DNA of 64,000 nucleotides from the sequence record OP079919.1; one strand, given 5' to 3'. Below the pieces are notes generated by a model that saw nothing but the letters and a program-made list of their open reading frames with translations, was not told the DNA's origin and did not search any database. Within the stretch, counting starts at the first letter, position 1. Each line of letters begins with the position of its first letter. Below, one piece after another: positions 19,861 through 27,470 of this stretch. The position numbers and the translations under genes are program-made.

Positions 19861-19937
19861 AGGGTTGGTATAAGGGACCGCGCATCCCATACCAGATGAA
19901 GCTCTAGTCTAAAAATAAACCTTAAGGAAATTAACAA

Positions 19938-20960
19938 ATGAGTCTTTCGTCTTACGGCACGCAAAATGCCTTATCTTATCAGTTATTTAATAACACGAGC
20001 AAGGAGCTCTTGCTACGTAATAATGGCGGAATGAACAATATTATATCCGCGTGCCCTAAAAGCGGATATAATAACACTATTGTTCTGCGGGTTACGCTTA
20101 CTGTACATAATGTTCACAATGTATTATTCGATTTGGAAGGCATGACCAACGCTTTGGATAGGGAGATCGCAACTGAATTCATCACTCAGTTAAATGCCCG
20201 TAAGAAGAACGACTTTGTTTATTTAGAAATTAACGATACCATTTGTATGACACACACCGTCACTCTAGGGCAACGTCACGCGAGTGGATTAAAAAATGAA
20301 ATTAAAAGTGACCTGCTCAATTTCACTTTAAGTCAAGAGGTCAATAAGTATAAAGATAGATTCGTTGGTAAGACCGCAACCGCGATCACCCAAGAGATAA
20401 AAAATGATTTAACTGAAGAAGAATCAGAAAACCTCATTGTGTGTATGAGGGTCAATGATCCTCTTTCCATTGTGAATAATCTCTGGACCACAGCGGGCGG
20501 TGAAGCGGTTTTGATACCGAAAACTACCAATGAAGACGAACCAGCAGGCCTGTATATTGTGAAAGGTCGTAACGCTTATAGCCGTGGAAGTGAATATCAT
20601 GATATCTCTAAGTGCAGTAAAGAATTCCTTAACGCACTAGGGGTTTATCACAGTAAACACGAAGCCGATATTGGCGGTAACAGTAAATTGTTACACGACC
20701 TTACATCTAAAGTATCAGAAATGAAGAAATCCACTGAGAAAGCTCAACGGGAACTAAACACCGCAGAAGTTAAAGCAACCACTCTAAATAATCGGTTGGA
20801 GCATGCAAAGATGGTGCAACTGTTCGATAAAGAACGGGCTAAGTTCAAGGAAGATATATCCAAAAGCGCGAATACCGGTAGTGGATGGGGGGACGCATTT
20901 AAATCTGCTGGGGGGTTCTTGTCGACGCTATTCTCGATATTTAAACTCCTTCCCATTTAA
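19938..20960 (+). CDS. Conserved hypothetical protein, 340 aa, with C-terminal coiled coil and amphipathic tail
   Basis: AAGGA SD; heptad region at about residues 255-310; C-terminus GGFLSTLFSIFKLLPI. Confidence 0.6.
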   Translation: MSLSSYGTQNALSYQLFNNTSKELLLRNNGGMNNIISACPKSGYNNTIVLRVTLTVHNVHNVLFDLEGMTNALDREIATEFITQLNARKKNDFVYLEINDTICMTHTVTLGQRHASGLKNEIKSDLLNFTLSQEVNKYKDRFVGKTATAITQEIKNDLTEEESENLIVCMRVNDPLSIVNNLWTTAGGEAVLIPKTTNEDEPAGLYIVKGRNAYSRGSEYHDISKCSKEFLNALGVYHSKHEADIGGNSKLLHDLTSKVSEMKKSTEKAQRELNTAEVKATTLNNRLEHAKMVQLFDKERAKFKEDISKSANTGSGWGDAFKSAGGFLSTLFSIFKLLPI

Positions 20961-20971
20961 CAAGGTGCGAC

Positions 20972-22642
20972 ATGGATCCTAAGTTACTGAAAGCGGTATC
21001 GGCTACGATGCCTAAGTTTAATGAAACGATAGCTTCAGGTTTCCATCAACGAGAATTTGAGCAAATACATAAACGTTATGAATATCTTTTAAGAATGACG
21101 TTTGAACCCATTGAAAAGAAAGGAGTATGGTTTGTTGGCGTCAGGTCGGTACGACCTCATGAAATGTATAACGTCATCGCGAAGAACACACAGCAGAAAA
21201 CCTTTGAAACAAACAAAGAAAGTCTTTATCCGGTTAAGCTCGTCTTTAAATACGGGATGGATAAAAATACTGCCAGGGAGATGGATCCTGTTTACGTACT
21301 CCTTCCGTTCTGTGATCGGTATGGGGACGTTTGGATCAGGGGAAGTCAATACAGCCTACAGATCGTCCTGGCTGACCGAGGATTGAGTGTCACTAAAGAC
21401 GATCAGATCTTCGTAAGACTCCTGGGATATAAATTCAAAGTAGGAACTGAGCAATATGAGTATACTCAGATCCACAATGAAATAAATCCCGTCAGGGAAA
21501 CCAACCTTCCTATTAACCTTCCAGCCAACCGCTTCTACGTGGCCAGTGAAGCACGTCGTCCAAACCCAACTAAAACACCCACACCTTTATTGGCGTGGTA
21601 TGTGTTTGCGGAGTATGGTTTTAGCGAAACCATGCGTAAGTTCGGGGAATGCGATTACGCGATAGGTGATCGTGATGCGATCATTCAGCAATATAGTGAA
21701 GATAAAGGTTGGAAGCTGTTTGGCAGTAAAGGATTGGCGATTGGTAAAAGTATCACGCCATATGTGAATTGCGGGTTAGCTATAGCGGCTAAACCATTAA
21801 ACGAAAAACGAAGAGGGGAAATACCTAACGTTGCACAACAGTATATTGCGGCATTGCTTTATCTGTGTGATGTTGGCGGAGAATTTATTGATTTGGATAA
21901 ACTCGACGATAAATATTTTTGGCGTATGATGGTCGGACACGCCAGTATTAAAGCCGGAGGAAATCTCACCCATTTGGAAAAACAGATGGCGGATCACTTC
22001 GATTCCATGAACGAAGGTTTAGACCAAACAAGTATCCAACGATTCGCTGAGCAACGAATCGTGGTTAAAGATCGTTATGAATTGTTTAATTACATCATAG
22101 CGAACCGGGCTGAAATCGTTAAGACTTCCGATAAAGCCAATATGTTACATAAAGAAATTAGTTCTAGTGAGTTCACATTAGACAAACTGATTACTGCGGC
22201 TAACCGCTTTAAACACGATGTCAAAAACACAACAGAACTCAACTATGAACGTGTTAAGTCATTCATGTCATCTCATTTCAAATTACGCGATATCGAATCG
22301 GCTGCTTGGGAATCTAACATGATCCAAGAAGCTACGCCGACAGATTGCCCTATCGCCGATTATGGCTTTGGGGTGATGTCTCAGGCGAAAGTGTTCGGTC
22401 CTCGTAATAACGGGAGAAACAGTGACTTTAACCCTAACGATCCCGCTAACTGCATACATGGCTCTGTACCTTTTGTGATGAGTTTCCAACGGGTAACTAA
22501 ACCCGACCCAAACGCTTGCGGATTCTTAGCCCCCTGCGTGTATTTGATCAACGACAAATACTTGGGACTCAGACCAGAAGATGTGGAACTGTACGAAGCC
22601 ACTGTGAGCAGACTTACTAAGTCTGAGGTTAAAATTAAATGA
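20972..22642 (+). CDS. Non-virion RNA polymerase beta-like subunit, N-terminal part (phiKZ gp123-like)
   Basis: Beta-subunit-like motifs LPFCDRYGDVWIRGSQYSLQIVLAD and the C-terminal NPANCIHGS...KPDPNACGFLAP; position two genes after the MCP, as in phiKZ. Confidence 0.7.
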   Translation: MDPKLLKAVSATMPKFNETIASGFHQREFEQIHKRYEYLLRMTFEPIEKKGVWFVGVRSVRPHEMYNVIAKNTQQKTFETNKESLYPVKLVFKYGMDKNTAREMDPVYVLLPFCDRYGDVWIRGSQYSLQIVLADRGLSVTKDDQIFVRLLGYKFKVGTEQYEYTQIHNEINPVRETNLPINLPANRFYVASEARRPNPTKTPTPLLAWYVFAEYGFSETMRKFGECDYAIGDRDAIIQQYSEDKGWKLFGSKGLAIGKSITPYVNCGLAIAAKPLNEKRRGEIPNVAQQYIAALLYLCDVGGEFIDLDKLDDKYFWRMMVGHASIKAGGNLTHLEKQMADHFDSMNEGLDQTSIQRFAEQRIVVKDRYELFNYIIANRAEIVKTSDKANMLHKEISSSEFTLDKLITAANRFKHDVKNTTELNYERVKSFMSSHFKLRDIESAAWESNMIQEATPTDCPIADYGFGVMSQAKVFGPRNNGRNSDFNPNDPANCIHGSVPFVMSFQRVTKPDPNACGFLAPCVYLINDKYLGLRPEDVELYEATVSRLTKSEVKIK

Positions 22643-25032
22643 GCAGCATTCGCCCTACCAATCGCGGTAATGGAGTGAGTATTCCTAACGAAGATCCGAG
22701 CATGGGTAATGGTTTCGGTTCACTGGCTACAGGAATGCAACAAAATAGCATGTACGGTCAACCGCAACAAATGTTTGATCCGTCTGCGATGATGAAAATG
22801 ATTTCAACAGGAGGCATGAGCAATAACCCAGCCTCCGGCGGTTGGGATTGGTCGAACGTAGATAGGCCGAAGAACCCTAATGCTGCATTCTTGGATGAGT
22901 TTTTAGGACATCAGGAAGATGAACTCGAGCACGCGTTGAAAATGGAAGCGCAAGCTTACGCAACTAAATTCGCAGCGCGTATTATCAACGACATTAAAAC
23001 GAGAAACACAAGCGGGTATTATAAGTTCTTCCTTAACGCGTATAATATCTTTGCACTGGTCCCCGACGCCCCTCCTATGATGTGTCCTATCAGGGGGCGG
23101 TTCATAGAGGTTATCAAGAATACTCAGGCGGCGCAGTTGCGTATTGCGGGTCGTGGTGTGACATTCGGTGGTCGTGATTTCGCTTTACAGATCATGGCGC
23201 AGAATCCACTTGATCAACGTCTGGTAGAAAACCTCTTCAGTACTGGTATTGCGAACGCCATGTTTTTAGAAATGGTGGATTGGTTTGCTAAAACGGCTGA
23301 TGGCAGAGACGCATATAGCAAGCTAACTAATGAACTTAAGTTGACATTGACTAAATTACCTAAGTTCATTACTTACGCAGCGGAATGCTTCCAGTTCTTC
23401 AATATGGATAGCCCGTATAATGACCTGAGTCCAGTCCCTAAAACTTCCCCAAACCCAGATCAGAACATGAGTCAGTATGTGGTCAGATCGACGTCAGGGA
23501 GCGGAGCGGAGTGGTTAGGGTTCCAGCATTCTACAGAATCTCAACAGCAGAAGGAGATCAGGGAGATCAACGAATGGGTAGCGAATAATCTTCGCCAACG
23601 CCAAGAGTACCAATACCAACAAGCCCAGCAACAAACTCCCGATGCGGCATATTGGTGTGGTCAGCAGGCTCAGCAGCAGTATAGTTTTGGGGAACTTCAT
23701 ACTAAACGTGTTGATTTCGAAAACGTTAATCCCGATAACGTGGCAGATTTCTCTTTAGAGAACTTCAAACGTATCCCGGGGACAGATAAATACGTTGTCG
23801 ATGAAACCACTTGGAGTTATTTCTCCAAGGCGTTCAAACGAGCCTATCGCCCTTATGGTGAACTTTTTGCCGGAACATACGGAATAAGAGTCGTCAAGAT
23901 CAATTTCGAACTCAACGACGGTTGGGTAGACAATGTTCTGTTTATAGAAGGAGTGACTCCAACCATGGCTTTAGCCAACCCAGCGATACTACTCCCTCAT
24001 CTCGAGACAGACCAGCAAGGTAACGTGGTTATCGTCGATGAGGTAGTCCTACCGAAAGAGAAGGACGAAGAAACCGGTGTCGAGATGGTCCCATTACAGA
24101 AAGTTAAAGTGATGGAGCATGCGCCGACAGCAGTTGTTGTTCCAGAAGTCATTACCGGTGACAGTTTCGGGAATATCGAGACCGTAGTCGATACCATGTT
24201 TGAAACCGTTAAACCGTCAACATCAGGATTATTCGGTGTCGCGATCCCGGTAGAGAACTGGAAACGTTTCTTCGTAGAAGACAGTACGATTGTAGAAGAG
24301 ATCTACCTTCGTTTACCTTGGCTGATTAAAGGTAACGGTGGTGGTACTCCACCTACGTTCTTTGATTTCGTTTCCGAGATACAAAAGACGATGGATCATT
24401 ACATCGGCTGTGATGAACTTCGTGGATTTGTTGAAACTCATATCACTGACACGGTTAACCGTTGGTTGGTGGATACGAGAGGTTACGGCGGTAATCGTGA
24501 TGATCAATATCGCTTCAGAATTAATGGGATCTTCAGCAATCTCAGGAATCTGATTAATCACTTAGAGAACAACGACCCTGATACGTTCAGCGTTTTGGTT
24601 GATCCTAAACGGTTTAAGCGACTCTTCACTAAGTGTAAATTGTTTGCACCGCGTGAGACACGTTCAGCGCTCTTGAATGGCGCTCTGCCGAGTTCTCCAA
24701 CTCAGGCCGCGATAGCTAAGGAAAATGATAAGAAAGCTATGGTCGTCCTTACAGACGTCGTAGTGACCCGTATCGGCAATATCCTCGCACCTAATACACA
24801 AAAGACCGTTATCAACGTAAAACGTTCAGCGTTCCCAGAGATGTTCTCTTTAATCGAACGTTCATTTGGGAAAACCTCCGATCTGTTACCAGAAGGTGTT
24901 GAACAGGTACTGTCTTTTGTCAGTGACGATAGTCTTTGGACTTTCAACACATCAGGATTTGATTCCAACGTCGCTGTTATGCGTAAGGTACCCAGAACCC
25001 AAGGCATGCTTAATTTTAAATTAATTGAATAA
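22639..25032 (+). CDS. Conserved hypothetical protein, 797 aa, with Q/N/M-rich low-complexity segments
   Basis: ATGA overlap with the RNAP subunit gene; long ORF. Confidence 0.6.
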   Translation: MSSIRPTNRGNGVSIPNEDPSMGNGFGSLATGMQQNSMYGQPQQMFDPSAMMKMISTGGMSNNPASGGWDWSNVDRPKNPNAAFLDEFLGHQEDELEHALKMEAQAYATKFAARIINDIKTRNTSGYYKFFLNAYNIFALVPDAPPMMCPIRGRFIEVIKNTQAAQLRIAGRGVTFGGRDFALQIMAQNPLDQRLVENLFSTGIANAMFLEMVDWFAKTADGRDAYSKLTNELKLTLTKLPKFITYAAECFQFFNMDSPYNDLSPVPKTSPNPDQNMSQYVVRSTSGSGAEWLGFQHSTESQQQKEIREINEWVANNLRQRQEYQYQQAQQQTPDAAYWCGQQAQQQYSFGELHTKRVDFENVNPDNVADFSLENFKRIPGTDKYVVDETTWSYFSKAFKRAYRPYGELFAGTYGIRVVKINFELNDGWVDNVLFIEGVTPTMALANPAILLPHLETDQQGNVVIVDEVVLPKEKDEETGVEMVPLQKVKVMEHAPTAVVVPEVITGDSFGNIETVVDTMFETVKPSTSGLFGVAIPVENWKRFFVEDSTIVEEIYLRLPWLIKGNGGGTPPTFFDFVSEIQKTMDHYIGCDELRGFVETHITDTVNRWLVDTRGYGGNRDDQYRFRINGIFSNLRNLINHLENNDPDTFSVLVDPKRFKRLFTKCKLFAPRETRSALLNGALPSSPTQAAIAKENDKKAMVVLTDVVVTRIGNILAPNTQKTVINVKRSAFPEMFSLIERSFGKTSDLLPEGVEQVLSFVSDDSLWTFNTSGFDSNVAVMRKVPRTQGMLNFKLIE

Positions 25033-25076
25033 CCCCACCATCCTAGAACCATTTAATCGATTAAGTAGTTACTATC

Positions 25077-25105
25077 GGATATCCTTCCTTAACGGGAGGG
25101 TATCC
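25077..25105 (+). terminator. Intergenic hairpin
   Basis: GGATATCCTTCC-TTAAC-GGGAGGGTATCC (with G-U pairs). Confidence 0.55.
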
Positions 25106-25140
25106 CTTAATAACCATTTCCCACAAAAAAGGAATACGAA

Positions 25141-25776
25141 ATGAATCGTCCAATTTTTAAAATTAGTCAGCACGCGCAGTTGTCGATCCCGGCCCTCATC
25201 GATGTTACAGAAAATGAAGCGGAATGCTCGTCACTTGTTTACGGCCTCCATCCTTCCATGACCGGGGTATTCTCTGAACGCCAGAAGGATTCAATGGCAG
25301 AGAGTCTTTACCTAATGGGTCAGTACGCCGAAATCATTCCCAGGAATAAGCCGGAGTGTACGATTGATTATCATCCCATCACTAACGAGCATTACCTTAA
25401 ATCGTTTAAACATTATTACGAAGCATGGGTTGCTTTGGGTAGAGATGAAGTGGTGATGCAGGGAGCTACTGTTAGGGTTTCGTCGTTTTTATTATTAAGG
25501 ACTATGTTCAATGGGGTCATAGGAATTCTACCTTATCTCGACCCCAAAGGACATCGGATGCAAGCAAAGGAATACGCTAAATTAGACGATTTGGTTAAAC
25601 TGACCTACGGCGTGCCCGCTGGGTCATTCTCGGCGACCCCCGATTACCAGGTTGTTCCTAAAATAGAGGTGCGGGAACAGATCGTGATGAGCTTTACTGA
25701 CAAATACGGTAACGTCATCACCATCACCGGAATCGATAGAGAAAAGATGATCGAACAGATAGAAAAATTAAAGTAA
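25141..25776 (+). CDS. Hypothetical protein, 211 aa
   Basis: AAGGA SD; bounded by hairpins on both sides. Confidence 0.6.
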   Translation: MNRPIFKISQHAQLSIPALIDVTENEAECSSLVYGLHPSMTGVFSERQKDSMAESLYLMGQYAEIIPRNKPECTIDYHPITNEHYLKSFKHYYEAWVALGRDEVVMQGATVRVSSFLLLRTMFNGVIGILPYLDPKGHRMQAKEYAKLDDLVKLTYGVPAGSFSATPDYQVVPKIEVREQIVMSFTDKYGNVITITGIDREKMIEQIEKLK

Positions 25777-25782
25777 TCGTCT

Positions 25783-25814
25783 TCCCTACCACTCCTTAAC
25801 TGGGGTGGTAGGGA
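25783..25814 (+). terminator. Intergenic hairpin
   Basis: TCCCTACCACTCC-TTAACT-GGGGTGGTAGGGA. Confidence 0.65.
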
Positions 25815-25845
25815 GTAAGAAAGCTCTAATTTTTTAACATGAAGA

Positions 25846-25875
25846 TTTTTATAAGTCGATATCATTCAGGTGTAT
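25846..25875 (+). promoter_or_regulatory. Candidate early promoter C
   Basis: TTTTTATAAGTCGATATCATTCAGGTGTAT aligns register-for-register with promoter A. Confidence 0.5.
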
Positions 25876-25918
25876 AAACAACAAGTATTTTAATTCTTAT
25901 TCACTAAAGAGGTCCAAA

Positions 25919-26491
25919 ATGGAAATTCGTAAAGATATGATCAATGAAATCGCCGCTCGTATCATCTCTGGTTGCAACGACGTGGAAGCCAGTGTCCGCG
26001 AAAAGCTGCTGCGTAATTTGGTTAATGGTGAGATCTGGCAGTTCGAGCTCAATGAAACTGAGCAAGCGGAACTGATCGCGATCGTAAGCAAAGAGTTCGG
26101 TATTTCCGATCTGGTCTACGTCGAACCGCAGAAAAACATTTCTGAAGAAGATGTCGCCAAAGTCGCTGCCAGTGTTAACGGGCATGTCGAACACAAATAT
26201 CTGAATCTGCGAAATGCGATGGCGGTCGGCGCAGTACTCGGTGCCGGTGCGGCCATCTTAAAAGAAGGTGCGAACGCAATTAATGCCGGTGCTGGTGTGG
26301 TCGGCGCTGCTGTTTCTTACGGCGTGGGTTATCTGGCTGACAAGAAACAGATCGGTATGGGTAATCAGTACGCTGATGTCGCGGCAGGCATTGTTGCCGG
26401 TGGCGTTATCGGTGGTGGCGCTGTATTTGGCGCGGGCTTTGTCGCCAAACGTTTCTTCAGCGATGAAGAAGTTGAAGTTGTTGCAGAGTAA
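25919..26491 (+). CDS. Glycine-zipper membrane protein 1, 190 aa
   Basis: AGAGG SD; soluble N-terminal domain, then three GxxxG-rich hydrophobic helices; acidic tail; optimised codons. Confidence 0.7.
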   Translation: MEIRKDMINEIAARIISGCNDVEASVREKLLRNLVNGEIWQFELNETEQAELIAIVSKEFGISDLVYVEPQKNISEEDVAKVAASVNGHVEHKYLNLRNAMAVGAVLGAGAAILKEGANAINAGAGVVGAAVSYGVGYLADKKQIGMGNQYADVAAGIVAGGVIGGGAVFGAGFVAKRFFSDEEVEVVAE

Positions 26492-26554
26492 TAAACGCAT
26501 CTGAAATATCCGATGCATCTTAAATTAAACTATCAATAGTAAGGAAATACGATC

Positions 26555-26947
26555 ATGAAAAAAGAAAACATTGAACTGACTGGCACCGAACTCGACGAAG
26601 CTAAAGCAATGCTGGCTGTTGATGCAGAAACTTCTCTGTTCGACGATATCTGTGAAAAACTCGGTGGCTACGTAGCTACCGACAAACAGAAAAGCCACGT
26701 GAAAGCCGCAGTGATCGGTGGCGTCATCGGCACCGCCCTGGGCATGGCGAGCAAACCATCTGTCGGCACGCTGATCGGTGGCGTGGTTGGTACCGCAGGC
26801 GGCGCTTATGTGGGTAGTCGTATCGCTGATGATCTGAGCAATCAGTTCATTGACAAACTGCTCACCGCTGACATTGGCTTCCTGTGCAGCACCATCGGGG
26901 CGTCCATCGGTAGTGCATTAACCCCGAGTAAAGTCGAAGCGAACTAA
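26555..26947 (+). CDS. Glycine-zipper membrane protein 2, 130 aa
   Basis: AAGGA SD; VIGGVIGTALG, LIGGVVGTAGGAYVG and TADIGFLCSTIGASIG segments. Confidence 0.7.
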   Translation: MKKENIELTGTELDEAKAMLAVDAETSLFDDICEKLGGYVATDKQKSHVKAAVIGGVIGTALGMASKPSVGTLIGGVVGTAGGAYVGSRIADDLSNQFIDKLLTADIGFLCSTIGASIGSALTPSKVEAN

Positions 26948-27015
26948 ATCTTCTAGTCCGTTTAAACACTGTTAAATTTTAGGCAACTCAACATCAAAAC
27001 GTAAGAGGTATTATC

Positions 27016-27411
27016 ATGGATATGGCAAACAAACCTGCAGTTAACAAAGCTCCTCTGTCAGAAGAAGAAATTCTGAAAATGCTGGCCGGTCACAAATCCA
27101 CCGATGTCAACTATCGGGTCGGTCGAATCGCCGGTGTACTGGGCGCGGTCGTCGGCGGCGCACATCGCACCGTCACTCAAGGTATCAAACCATCAACTGT
27201 TGTCGGCACAGTCGTCGGCGGATTAGTTGGGTACAAAACTGGCAAACTCGCGGATGGCTTCAGTGACCTGACGGGAACGCATTCCCCGGTCGCGGATGTC
27301 GGCGCATTCACAGCAGGTTACGGCGTGACTCTGGGCATGAGCGCCCTGGCAGCCACCTTCGATCAGTACATCACTCCGCTGTACGAATCAGAAGAAGAAA
27401 CCGAAGAATAA
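27016..27411 (+). CDS. Glycine-zipper membrane protein 3, 131 aa
   Basis: AGAGG SD; IAGVLGAVVGG, VVGTVVGGLVGY and VADVGAFTAGYGVTLG segments; acidic tail. Confidence 0.7.
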   Translation: MDMANKPAVNKAPLSEEEILKMLAGHKSTDVNYRVGRIAGVLGAVVGGAHRTVTQGIKPSTVVGTVVGGLVGYKTGKLADGFSDLTGTHSPVADVGAFTAGYGVTLGMSALAATFDQYITPLYESEEETEE

Positions 27412-27417
27412 GAAAGT

Positions 27418-27470
27418 TAACTCCTCTACCCGTAAGGGTAGAGGAGTTACTTAATTACTTATTTTTTTTT
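27418..27470. terminator. Bidirectional terminator
   Basis: 14-bp perfect stem TAACTCCTCTACCC-GTAA-GGGTAGAGGAGTTA between convergent genes; T-run follows. Confidence 0.75.

Noticed and set aside
19759-19937. tRNA or CRISPR mini-array in the larger intergenic gaps
   Set aside because: No cloverleaf with T-loop consensus and no direct repeats with spacers; the gaps are explained by hairpins and promoters.
15370-22642. Inteins, introns or homing endonucleases in the helicase or RNAP subunit
   Set aside because: Lengths are ordinary, and no intein (C...HN) or LAGLIDADG/HNH/GIY-YIG motifs were seen.
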